From Adineta vaga (taxonomy: Eukaryota; Animalia; Rotifera), in the NCBI GenBank assembly GCA_021613535.1, contig CP075492.1, forward strand, positions 8,308,001-8,372,000: DNA of 64,000 nucleotides, written 5' to 3'. The notes under the pieces were generated by a model. The model did no database searches, had not been told where the DNA came from, and was given only the letters and a program-made list of their open reading frames with translations. How positions within the stretch are numbered: position 1 is the stretch's first letter; each line of letters opens with the position of its first letter. Positions 12,984 through 26,086 of the stretch are shown here, in pieces. The position numbers were made by a program, and so were the translations under genes.

Positions 12984-15266
12984 TTAACCTTGTGATGAAA
13001 TTTGTGGTGGACGTAATAATTCTTTCTCTTGATCTTTAGTTAGTGCATACAACAGATGTTTATTAACTTGACGCTAAAAAAAACACCGAAAGATATAATT
13101 ATAATATGCACTCGAACGAAAATCTTACTCTTCGGTTAAAAAAGAATAATTCTATGACGACAATAATAGCAATCAATGATAGTAATGCAATGATGATGTA
13201 AACTAATTTCATCGATTCATAGCCGTAACGACCTTTTTCAAGAATCATACTAGCACGTTGCAATCGATGTAATGTTTCATTGTTCAGTGTAATTGTCTGA
13301 AAAGATAATCATAAAAAAAACAGAAATAGTAAAAGAAATGATTGATCCAATCTTTACTTGATCAATCCACATCATTGGAATCAATCGTCGAACAGCACGT
13401 GTATGAGTAGGTCTAAACATACCAACGAATTCGGTGTCTTTCTTGAGAAAAGAAAAATCTTTCGTCTTACTCAGTCGATCCATCTGGATTAAGTCTAAGA
13501 CGATCAATCCAAGCATTTGTACTTAATTGAATACGTAATTGAGCTCGAACTGGTGTACCAGAGATTGGTTCGAAATATATAGTTGATTCATGTTTATTAA
13601 AATCCGGTTGAAAATTAATATTTGTCAATGATGAATTATGACCATACATATGTGGTTTTGATAAAAAGACAGTTTCCGTAGGAATTTCAGCTATAAAGAC
13701 AAGTATGAATAAATAATTTAGATCAAGAAATTTTCTCATACCAGAAAGACATTTTGTAATATCGAGTTTATCTGCTTCGGGACAAGTTTCATCCATTTGT
13801 GGACATTGTTCTACATCAATTAATTTTAAAACATATTCATGTAACATATCAAAACCAAATTTAGACACTGTTCGATTGTATCGAAGTTGGACAGGTCTAA
13901 AAGTATCAAATTAAATATTAACGAAATTTTCTATTCTATCTGTACAAACCGACAAAAATCAGGTTGAAATACATTGAGAACTTTTCGATTGGGTGGATTT
14001 CCCAATGGTGGAAAAGTTAAACCATCTAAAATCAAACCAAACAAATTCTTTTCAATCGTTCGAAATATATATTTTCTTACCAAAAATATCCGTTCGCCAA
14101 TCGTGATTTGTTGTTTTAAATGGTGTACTAAATTAAATATTATATTCATATAACATAAAACTAGTAAATCAAATTATATTCTTTACTATTCAGTTTCAAA
14201 ATCAATCATTTGTCCTTTCATTGAAGAATTATTAATACCAGTATGAATAGTAAAATTAAATCCATTTGTTCCATTGTACTAAAGAAGTAATGATAATCAT
14301 TAATCGAATTTTTCGTATTTGATCGATTCTTACTCGATAGATAAATCCATATTTATCTCTGTTAGGTCCTTGCATTCGTGATGAAATTGCAGCAAATATG
14401 GGAGAAATATATCCTTCTAATTTATCAATCGCTTTTGAATAGTTAAAGGCATTATTTCCACCAAGAATATAGAAGATAGGATCAGCCACACGACCAAATT
14501 TTGTTCGAAACATCTATAAAAATCATTGCTTTTTCTTCAACAAAACAATTATGTGTCTTTAAGAAATTAACTTACAACACGAAGTATATCAACGAAGGCA
14601 CCTTCTTGGTTGAGTATAGTTTCATTGTAATCACCAACGAGTGAATATACGTTCAATTGAGTAATGAATTTTCGAATTATTATTTAACCATTTAACATTA
14701 TTCTTTTTAACGGTAACTCTATAATATACAAAAATTGCAATCATAATACTTGTTCACAATTTCATAGCAATCTAAAGACAACTTACCTGTACATAAACGG
14801 CAGTGTCTCTTCAAAATTCATCATTGGATTATTTGTATCGGTCATAATATCCATATAATTTGTTATATTAAATAGCCGATAAGCACGTATGGTTTGAATC
14901 GGTGGAATAGTCCAACTCTCATTTCCATCGGATGAGGGTGCTAAACGTATTTTCTAAACAATGATGAAAAAAAAAGAATCAATTGCTTTTCATCTGAAAA
15001 AATGGATTTTGATTTACTTGAAGAACTTTTTCTTGAATAATATGTTCGACACGTGGCCATGTTGATACAAAAATAATAAAAGGTACAAAAAGTAACAGTA
15101 GAAATAATACTTCACATGTTACACGAGCAGGAAGTGAACATATTCTTAGATTTCTTTTCGTTGGAATTGTACTATAAAAAGAAGAAGAGAAAAAAACGAA
15201 TTACAATTAAAGAAAATCTTCAGAAATAAACACTCACGGAGTAGTCGATTGTGATTGTTGTTCCAT
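12984..15266 (-). CDS. CD36/scavenger receptor class B (LIMP-2-like) membrane glycoprotein
   Basis: N-terminal TM (VLFLLLLFVPFIIFV), then WTIPPIQTIRAYRLFNITN, NGTNG, DGLTFPP, VFQPDFCR, VFLSKPHMY, KHESTIYFEPISGTPVRAQLRIQL, LIPMMWIDQ, a C-terminal TM and tail ...KDQEKELLRPPQISSQG*. Multi-exon. Confidence 0.88.
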
Positions 15267-17401
15267 TGTGTTTTTCTATAGATGTGCTTTAACCTTATGC
15301 TCGCTGAGGTTAATGATAAGAATAGGAAAAAAAGTACATACACAGATACATACAGTATATCTTGAAAGAAGAAAAGAAAGTTATTGTTTTCACTGTAAAT
15401 ATCAGAATGTATATCAGCGACACTCGTTATCCAGTAGAATAGGTTTTCACATCAATAGTCTCAATAAACAAAAAATTACACTGACATTTGTGGATTAAGA
15501 TATTCTGTTTAATCTTTACTTTCGGTTCATTACATACAATTGAAAAAGTCTGGATATCATTATGAAGTTTATCAGAATTATATCTTTGAACATGAATCAG
15601 ATACTAAATACAAGTTAATTTTTAGATCTGTGACATTACAATATAGAATATGAAGATACAAACTCGAGTATACTGAGTAATTCGATCTATATTTCAGCTC
15701 ATATAACAAGACACAACTAAGTGTACGTTGTCCTCGTTCTTCTTCGTCTTCTTCTTCTCCTTCTCCATTCACACATACATGTCTATTGAAAATTCGAGAT
15801 GCAATCTATCCTTTTCTTTCTTAAAACTTATCAATTGTGGAAAAAAGCATCTTCTTTCGAGAGTTACTTAATCTACATACTAATTGTGTTCCGCAATATA
15901 ATCCTTGAGTGTATGTTCTGTTAGATGAAATAAGCAAACAAAGCGAATAGCAGAGGTCAAAATACATCCGTTTTATCTTTCATATAATGAAAAGGAAGTA
16001 TTAGAGATAATTCAATCAACATTAAAGCGCTCAATTGATAATAGAGATCTTCTACTTAAAGTAGTTTCATGGTAGATTGTTCAAAATTTCTTCATTGGGT
16101 TCAAGTAATCGGATCAATTGTATTGATTAGTACATTCATCTTCTTTTTTATACTTCTTTGGCATGCTGATTGTTTACTCATATTAAATTCGATGAGTAAT
16201 GTGGAACAATCTGAATGTTTTTGGTAGATAATAAACAATTATAGTGTTGAAAATATCGATGTTATTTTATATTTCGTTAAACGAATACTAATCTAAGTTA
16301 AGATAGATCTTTGAATCTATCATATACAAAGTAATCTCAAGCAAAACCATATACTTAGAATTCAAGTTTGACAAGCTGTCAAGTTTCATATTTATTATCT
16401 TGTAACAGATCACATCGTAATTTTGTGTAGTATTTGTTTATCGATATTCTACGCGAATGTTTCTTTCCTTAGTCAACATGAAATATCTGTATTGTGTCAC
16501 ATATACTGTTATTTATTGTTGATTATTTCGCGGTACTCGGTAACTGTCAGTTTTCTCGGATTGATTTCGAAATACTTAGACACATCTTGACATATATCAG
16601 ATTTATCTATTTATTTATAGGAACTAATCGAGTGAGTTATACTATATGGATGATATGATTTCGCTTGACTACGTTACTATCAATTGTGTCCTTAATTTGA
16701 CAAGGTTTTCAAACAGATCTATAAGTTGATTAGATATAAGTATCAAGTTTCATCTTTCATGAACGAGATTGGTTTTCGAATCTATGAACATATGAATCAC
16801 TAAACAGCTTTTGTATTGAGAGGTTTTTTTTTGTATCTTAGATAAAATCAATAGATTTCACTGCAACATAAATCTTAATCAGTGTTTAGGATTTCAAAAA
16901 GGTAATCGTTATTTTTAATTATATAATAAATTTTATCAAGTGTAATCATTCACTTTTTATAATAATCAATCTTATAATTTCAAGTGTTATAAATAAACAA
17001 ACTATCTCAAATTCGATTTTTTCCAATAAATATATCTATCTATATTTCTCTGTAACTCCCTCTTTCGTCATAATGTTTACCAGCATTCTAATAATTCTCT
17101 TTTTTATCTATCTGTCCCTCGCTCTCTCTCTCTATACACATAAATACATCTATCTTTCCATATATATATATATCATCTTGTTCTTTTTCCATGGTTTGCT
17201 TTTATCAACAATCTCGAGACGATATCAGAAGAAAAGAGAGAAAAAACCTCTTCTCTGTCGTCATTGCACATGAAGAAAAGAAAATAATGAGGTTAGAGAG
17301 AATAGTACATAGCAATAATCGACGTCAATAACTAGGAAATATCTTCCGTTTTTTTCACTGATACAAGGTCAGAACGAAATAAACTATTTGTTCAGATTAT
17401 C

Positions 17402-18514
17402 ATGGAAAAACAACAATCATTGCAAATTATTTGTCTTCAAACACACTTGTCTCAATCCCATTATCAATCCTATCCAATCCTTAAGCAATATCTTCTTCAA
17501 CGTATTCGTCTTAGCCTAAAAACTCAATCATCAACAAGTAATACACGATCCATTGAAGAAAATGATCAACAACCGACTTTAGTTATACTTCCAGAGTGTA
17601 CAGGTACATGGTTGTATTATATGTGTGTGCCGATGCCGAATTTTCTACATAATTATTTCTTTAATCCTCGTAATAATCGAAGAATTCAACCTTTATTATT
17701 TATTGCATACACATTAATCACTCATTTACGATCATTTTTCAAAGAAATCTATAGAAACTATCATTCGAAAAAATCATGGTTAAGTATACTTCGACATTCT
17801 TGGCTTAGTCTTTTTTCAGAACGAACATTTTCAATTTATAAACGATTATTTAGTGAATTAGCTGTAGAAACAAATTCTACTATTGTGGCTGGTTCGATTT
17901 TCTATCGTGGAGATTCGAATGAAGGAAAATTATACAATATGTCGTATGTTTTTGAATCAAAAAATGGTTCGATTTGTCTGCAAGCCGGTAAACGATATCC
18001 TGTTGCTGATGAAAGTGATTTTATTGATTCCTATAAACATTCACCAATGATTTATTCCATTCCAAATACAAATATTGATATTGGTATACTTATATGTGCT
18101 GATAGTTGGATGCCAGAAGTTTATCATGAATACAATCGTTTAGAATTAAATTCTCATCGACGTTTTCTTTTTATTATTGTTGCATTGAATACCGGTGAAT
18201 GGAATATTCCATGGCCTGGTTATGATACAAATGTTGATGTTCCAAACGATGTGGATAGGAAACATTTGATGACGTATTCTTTACCACAAGCATGGTTTCA
18301 ATATGCAGTCAAACGTGCTTTTAATGTCTTGAACGAACGAAATGATTTACTTGGATATGGTGTAATTTGTTGTCAAGGTGTATTGAATCTAATGAATGAT
18401 ATTCATGCTCAAGGAGAAAGTATTATTTTAATAAAACGTTCGAGAAATGAAGAAGAAGTTTTATATGAAGCAAAAACATGCATTGATGAAAAAATATTAA
18501 CATGTGATTTTTGA
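17402..18514 (+). CDS. Carbon-nitrogen hydrolase (nitrilase superfamily), intronless, bacterial-like
   Basis: Single 370-aa ORF with the Glu-Lys-Cys triad contexts LVILPECTG, AGKRYPVADE and IGILICADSWMPE, plus TIVAGS...LYNMSYVF. Confidence 0.88.
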   Translation: MEKQQSLQIICLQTHLSQSHYQSYPILKQYLLQRIRLSLKTQSSTSNTRSIEENDQQPTLVILPECTGTWLYYMCVPMPNFLHNYFFNPRNNRRIQPLLFIAYTLITHLRSFFKEIYRNYHSKKSWLSILRHSWLSLFSERTFSIYKRLFSELAVETNSTIVAGSIFYRGDSNEGKLYNMSYVFESKNGSICLQAGKRYPVADESDFIDSYKHSPMIYSIPNTNIDIGILICADSWMPEVYHEYNRLELNSHRRFLFIIVALNTGEWNIPWPGYDTNVDVPNDVDRKHLMTYSLPQAWFQYAVKRAFNVLNERNDLLGYGVICCQGVLNLMNDIHAQGESIILIKRSRNEEEVLYEAKTCIDEKILTCDF

Positions 18515-18577
18515 TTCTAGATTCATTTTTTCGTGTCGAATGAGCCGGTGACATACAGAAAAAACAAATTCAACATA

Positions 18578-20260
18578 ATGAATAAAGAAGCATTGATCGA
18601 TATTGGATCACAATTATCCCGTTTACGATTATATCCTATATTTGATATATGTCATTATTTAATAACTGCTTTACATGTACGAGAGGATATACAACAATAT
18701 CCAACAGGTAAGAAATAATACTAACATAGACAGATATGAGAAGAAAGTACTCGTTTATACCCATGTCACAATAATCGAGAGAAAAGTCATTTTTCATGAC
18801 AAATACAACTGTCTGTTCTGATTTTGATTGTATATTTTCAGTTACTCAAAACTTTACACGTCGACATCCATTCTCATGTTGGTTATCAACAATGTTGTTA
18901 TGTTTTTCCAATACAATGTTAACGAATTTTTTACTTGGTGAAAGTTTAATACAAGATTTTTTACAGCATCAACATCTTCTATTAGCTACAATTTGTTGGT
19001 ATTGTGTGTTTTATTCTCCATTGGATTTATTAGGTCGTTTTATTCGATTTCTACCCATTCGTCTTGTGATCGGTGTTGGAAAAGAAATTTATCGTACAAG
19101 AAAGATCTATGATGGAGTTCGTTCAACATTAGTCATATATCCGGAAGCTTATATTGTTATTATTCTGATTGGAGCTATTCGAGGTCAGAAGAAAATTCAC
19201 GATAACAAAAAAGGAAAACGATTTCATTTAGGTTGTGGTGGATCAATAATGTCATCGATTGATCGATTTATTCGAGGTATTTGGTTACCTACACAACATG
19301 AATTTCTATTTCCATCATTGTAAGTCTATTTCAAGATATGTTTTCTTTTATAACTATTTACGACAACGTATGCTCGATAATTCTTTCACAGAACTCATCA
19401 AGTTCTAATGATGTGTGGAAAGCTGTACTGTCACAGATGTCATACGAGAAAGTTTTTAGTTAAATTAAATAAGATTTTGCCTTTATTTTAAACAGTAATG
19501 CAATGCATATGATTGATAATATCAATGAAATTATAAATCAATAATCTTGTCTTGTCTCTTCTCATTGGATTTCTGTCAATCTCGATAGGAAGTCTATTGA
19601 TTGTACATATTCTCAAAGAATCTATGTACAGTTTGATATTCGTTAAATAGTAATTATGGCGCAATCACAGAAGAAAATGTTAATAGTTTTGTATTCTTTG
19701 ATATATCAGTAAGAAAATATTATGATGCAGTTCGTAAAGGTCATCAAGTTGATATTTTATGCTTAGTGATGACGTATTGACATGTTGAAAAGCACTTTTT
19801 TCTTTCGTATAATTCTAGTACAACAAAAGCATGTTTTCTTTCATCAGTAATCTTCTTATTATCTCAATTACAAATACTCAAATTTGAACATGAATTAATC
19901 TATTTATGTATTGCTTCGATGTTTATTTACGTTCGAATTATCACTTTATTCTTCAAACAATATGATCCATTTATGCCATTTGAAAATATTATATCAGGTT
20001 TATTATTCAATAGTTGGACAGAATTATTTGTACGTATTGAAAATTCTTTCGTCAAACATCAAGATATCTAAGATTTGTATTTCTAGGCTGATGCATATCG
20101 ACGTGCAGCTATGCCAAATACATTACCGGCACCACAAAATGCTGCATTACCAGCAACGATGTCATCATTGACTAGTACGGCTGGTATGGCGAATATAAAA
20201 AAAGAAACGATGTCCAACGAAGCATCAATAAAAGGATTTGATGGAAAGAAACGAGATTAG
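18578..20260 (+). CDS. TMEM38: Trimeric intracellular cation channel (TRIC/TMEM38)
   Basis: YPIFDICHY, FTRRHPFSCWLSTMLLCF, NFLLGES, LATICWYCVFYSP, KEIYRTRKIYDGV, RGCGGSI, RGIWLPTQHEFLFPS, DPFMPFEN. Spliced; stop TAG at 20258-20260. Confidence 0.9.
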
Positions 20261-20818
20261 GAAGATAATTTCATTTGAATTTTTCTATTTATTTTGTTTA
20301 CAATGCAAAAAAAATCTCATCCTGTTTAGACTTAGTTCGAATTCTTTTTTTTTCTAACCTTTTGATATTCTTATAATCTCATAATAATATAAAAAATAAA
20401 TAAAGAACATTATTTTAATAGATTGTTAAATCTTTCTCGTCATAGACATTCTGTTCCTGTGTTATGCGTCGAAATGTTTACGTAATATTACATGCTTCGA
20501 GCAACTTTATCATTGCCAAATCTATGCTGTAATTTGGTACCCATGTACTTAAGACAAGGATGATTGTATATCTCTTGACAAGTATAGAATTAATCTTGTA
20601 CGAAGAACAGATTTCACTATTTGTTCTTGCTCATCTTGCAATACTTTATTTAGTTAATTGCAGAAATGCAATTATTATAGTCAAACATTAGCGTCATCTT
20701 CTCGATGTTTTACAATAAGCTCACCTTTATATATATATATAATATTTGTCTTTCAAGATAACATAAAATATTTATCATCGACTGTTTTCTTTTCTTCTTT
20801 TATTGTTATAATATTGAA

Positions 20819-23800
20819 ATGTCTGTATATCTGAATAATTGCTGTTGTTGTGGTTATTATTTAATACCACGATATAAACGATTAGTGAATAATATCTTCT
20901 CACAAAATCCACAAGTAGATTGATGATTTGCTTCATGAAGAAATCTGTTTTATCGTTTTCAATTTGTTTAGCATGGTCTTGATAAGAATAACTTAGAATG
21001 TTTACGTTTTTATGCGGTACTTAAACCAGAAAAACTTGATAAATCATTTCGATATATGTCTGAAAAGATTGCACGTTATTTACGTCATCGAGATCGACCG
21101 TTTGTAATTAATATTCATCAAATTCCTCTTGAAATCCTTTTGTTTTCTATTTTATTTAGTTATGTTATACTTGGTATAAAAGCAATGACTGATACGATGA
21201 AATCTTGTTATCAACAATTAAATACATTTATTGATTCGTATTTAGCTACACTTAATTTAATTCTTGAAGAACGAGATGATTATGAACTAACTGAACATGC
21301 GATTGATTCGGTTTGAATAGAATTTAAAAAAAACAACAAATGGAAAACTTGTTTTCTTTTTAAGTTTGAATCATTTTGTGAAATTCGTATTGAAGCACCA
21401 AATTATCAACGAGATTATGAATTCTTAATTGATCGTTTTACACAACTTTGTCATAATAATGATCCACAAGATAAAATAAAGTTTGCATCAACATTTTCGA
21501 TTTAAAACTTTTTTTATTCATGAGAAAAATGTCTCTTTGTTTAGATTTCGATATCTCGGTCTTCGTGGTCATCATGCATTGATACGAAGAACATCCGGTG
21601 ATGAATTACATAATGATATTTGGAAACATATGAATCAAATTATTCCATCAATTGTATTCAATATGGAACGACAAGAATCACCATGTAGAACGACAACAGA
21701 TACAATAGCACCTGATCAGATCATTGTTATGACAGAAAAATTAACGAAAGATGATCTTTTCTCGCTAGCAGATACAATATTGAAAGATTTATTTTGTCGA
21801 GCACATTTGAATAATATACCTGCATGTGTTGAGCCACTTCTTATGTATGATTGAGAAAAAGAATATTTTCTTGTCTAAAATTATTCGTGATTTTAGTCAT
21901 TTAGATGAACATAACAAATGGATACCAGTCGATTTTCCACTATTTGTGTTCTCGGAGATAATGAATTCTATCAAAGTATGTTGCTTGAAACATCGAGGGA
22001 GAGTTACCTATTTTTATATGTATATAGCGTTATAATAATTATGTGGTTATTGATTTACTTCTAAATCATCTTGAAAAACATTTGGAATACAACGATCCAA
22101 AATATATCAAAACTTCTGTGATGAATATTCTTCGTCAATGTTTAGTTTTTGCTGCGACGAACAAGGAAGCGGGTATGAACATCATCGTTAAGAAAAAATT
22201 ATTTTCAATTGACTTTCTTGACCGTTTGTAGGCTCAACCATATTTAGTGGTGTATCTCGTTTATTAAAATGCTTAAAAAAATCGTTCTATAATGGAGCTA
22301 AACTTGCCGGAACATCGACAAGTCAACGACAGGAAGAAAAATTTCAAAATACAGTTATTGACGGAATTAGTAACGGAAAGAAGAGAATATTAGAATTTTT
22401 ATATTCTCTATGTATTTTTCAATAGGAGACTTTGCTGAAAACTTACCTGATTTTCAAATGATGGAAATCATGTATAAAATTATCACATCATTACCATCAT
22501 CAAATCAACAATATGAAGATCAAACAGAACATATCCGGTAGGGTAATGATACTTAACACTTGAATGAAACATCGATGTCATTTTACTTTAGAGAAACAAA
22601 TTTCCGATTTCAATTACTCTTACTTGAAATAATACAAAAAGTAAATGAAAAAAATATTGTTGAAGTAAATGAGAAAGAATATTTAATTGTCATTTAGATC
22701 GCTATAACTTATCAATCAACTCAACATGATGAAACAAAATCAACTCAAACGACTTTTCCTAAGCAATTATTTGATCCATTATTAAAACTTATGGGTACAT
22801 CAATTGCAGAAATTCGTTTGATTATATTGGAAATTCTCATTTTATTAATTGATAAACGACGTTATGCTCATAAATTACGTAAAATCAGGTACATAATCAA
22901 TTGAATATCATTTTAAAAATCATTATGTTTTCTTTTCTAAGAATATCCAAAGATATTTCTCAACTAAATTTATCAATAATAACAAAAACTACTCATCTAG
23001 TTGATCTTTCATTTATGAAAAAAGTAATGTCATAATTTTAATCTCAATTCAATAGAACATCTGTTTTCTTTCGTTAGTATGGTTCGAAATTTCTCACTCA
23101 GTTATATAACTGTTTGTTAATGGATAATAATACAAAAGATATTTTCTATACAATCTATTGTCTAATGAGTCTAATCACATTTGAAGATGGAGACAAAGAT
23201 ATTATTGTTGATATGATACATTTTTGCGTCAATATTCAAGTAAATTTTCATATATGAAAATTGAAATTTCTTTTTTTATACGTTTTTTTTTCTAGACTCG
23301 AATATTGAAAACCTCTGATGAGGACTCGATAAAATTATCAACTACAACTTGTTATTGTATACATGCTTTGATTGCTGCGTTTTTTAATCTGATATCAAAA
23401 TCATATGAAATCACTACTTTCTCACAGTATGTTGACGATGTAAGTCAATCCAATGACGCAAAATCTCCTATCTAACATTTATACATTCTGAAAAAGTCCT
23501 GAGAATTTAGTTCGATCATTACTCATTATATTGACATATCGAAATATCATGAAACTCCGAGTCGATTAATCAAATCATTCTCGAGACTTTCATATTGATC
23601 TAAAAGTTTCTTTTTTCTATTTAGGTAATTAATCATCGTGAACAATGTACACCGTACCTTCTACCACCGAATGCATTTCATTCTTCAACTCGAGAGAATT
23701 CATCAAAACACATACCAAAAGAATGTTTATTTTCTGAACAAACAATTCTTCATACATTAAAAGCATCGGATTACGATATATCACGATTCAAACGTACTAT

Positions 23801-26086
23801 ATGTTACGAATCAGGTTAGTTAGTTAGTTAATTATTATAAATATTTAAATTCGGTGACACATTACTCGAACTATTTATCGTCATAACACGTGATCGTCGT
23901 CGTAAAATATTCGGTAACATACGAAATGGTTGACATTGAAGAATAGCTAAGACATGAAAACGATATTTTTCATTAGTTGACATATAACAAAATGGTTTCA
24001 GTACATGACATAATAAATAGATATCTTTGATATCATAAGACCAATGAATAATCGATAATTCATCAAGCCAATAGGGTATATGAACAAGAGCATAAATTAA
24101 TAGAAGAAGATTAGTTGATTTCAGTAATGTATGACTATTTTCAATAATAGTTAAATAAGTTAAATAATCAAATACTTGAAATGAACGTTGAGCTGTTGGT
24201 GTTATATCTGTAGCAATAGAAGTCGTATTGGAAACATTATGTGTTGGAGGTGTGTACATTGATCGACGATTGATATTTTCAAGATTATTCTAAAAAAAAA
24301 CAAAAGAGTCAAATTAATAAACAAGATTCGTTCTAGACTTGAATTCAATGATATTCATACATTGATTTTCTTCTTCTCATTTCAAATCATCATGATGACT
24401 CAAACGATACATTAATTTCATCTTTTATCCCTCTTGAGAATAGCATGTTTTAAAATAATATAAGAAATTTAATCGAACGTAATGACATATCCTTACTTGA
24501 TCGTATGATAAGATTTCTTGTTGAACACTTCGAGTTAAATTTGCTGCTTCAGCTATATTTTTTAAACTACTTCGTTTATATCTTTTAATTGACCATTTCA
24601 TTTGAATAAGCAATACAACTTGTACGAGAATAATTAGATAAGTAACAGCACAACAAATCATATTCAATGTACGATATGTTGAAATAGTAACATAAAGAAA
24701 AATTTGTTTACATGAAGGTGGACGTTTATTATATTCATATTCATTTATATCAAGTTGTGTTAATGTTGTTGCTAAATACATAATAATCAATGGTGTCATA
24801 CCAAGTAAACAAAAGAAACATAATTTAGTTGTGGAAAAATGTTTTTTACAAAAAAATGCTGTAGATGTAATAACAAGTAATGTAATAACAATGATTTCAA
24901 TAAGTGTTGTTAATTTATCGAAAAATTTCAATATAAAACAAAGAAATACACATGGTAAACCTTGAGATAAATCGATGAAACGTAATGGAATAATGAAATT
25001 ACAAACGAATATATCATTCATTAATAATGCTAGAATATATTTATCAAATGTTGATATTGATGAACGTAAAGCAGGTAGTAAAGGTGCTCGAATCATTTGA
25101 CCATTCATTGATGGATTTGGTCGTAATAGAGATATATTTGTTGATGGATTTGGAATTCGATGAGATTCTTGATAATGATATGTTTTACGTTGAATAGCTA
25201 AGATTAGAAGCCAATTGAATATGATCCCAATCAAACCGATCAAAACTAAGAAAATCAAGTGAATTATAAACATCATTGAGTGTCAAGTCGTAGTGATAGT
25301 CTAGTGTGTTATTTATTTTCTCTTCGTCTCCACTTTTTATGGTGATATGTGAACTGAATTGTCGTTGTTAGTATTTTCTTCTTTTGCATTCGTTTGCTGC
25401 AAAAAAACAAGAACAAAAGAAAGTCTCATAAAGGAAGAGAAAAAAATTCCTCTATGAACCACTCCTATTTCTATTTAATCTCCTTCGTGCTCATATTAGT
25501 AGCCACCACAAACACGACAGAAGCACATTCATCATTTCTCTATATATGCGGGTAAACTTAGCTTTCTTCCCTTTCTCTCTGTCTCTCTCTCCTATGTCAT
25601 CTAATATAATTGAATTGGGAATGTATTTTCATATTATAGAAGCTGATGTTCCTGGAGGTGAAAACCATGATGAAATAGAAACAGACGATTCCATAAGTAG
25701 TCAACTAGATCTACATGTAAGATAAGATTTGAAACTTAAAAAAAAGAAATGATAAACATGTTCATTCTAGAATGAAGACAAACAAGAAGAAATACCACAT
25801 GTTTCCATACATCAAATCTTGAATTCGAATCAGAATCATCGTTTTATCAAAGATTTCCATTCAAAACCACTGCACGAATTGAAATTTCTTGCAAATGCAA
25901 AAGTAATTTGTTCATATTTCCTGTTTCTTTTTTTTTAATTTGTTTTGCTTTTAGCAAAAACATGTTAATCAACATATTGAACAAGTATTAAATGTTCGTT
26001 ATTCTTCAAAAGATAATTCATCAAACAATGAACAATTGCGAATGCATAAAGATAAATTTCATTATCCTGAACTATTCATTAATTAG
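20819..26086 (+). CDS. EFR3: EFR3 homolog (PI4KIIIalpha plasma-membrane anchor)
   Basis: N-terminus MSVYLNNCCCCGYYLIPRYKRLVNNIF (palmitoylation Cys cluster plus PRYKRLV), LRFYAVLKPEKLDK, IWKHMNQIIPSIVFNM and C-terminal FHYPELFIN*. Many short introns. Confidence 0.9.
23828..25276 (-). CDS. Divergent class A-like 7TM receptor nested antisense in an EFR3 intron
   Basis: Two exons (24497-25276 and 23828-24289). About seven hydrophobic segments: IGLIGIIFNWLLILAI, YILALLMNDIFVCNFIIP, C..LKFFDK.., LLLIYALVHIPYW, LCHVLKPFCYMSTNEKYR (NPxxY-like plus helix 8). Confidence 0.7.
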
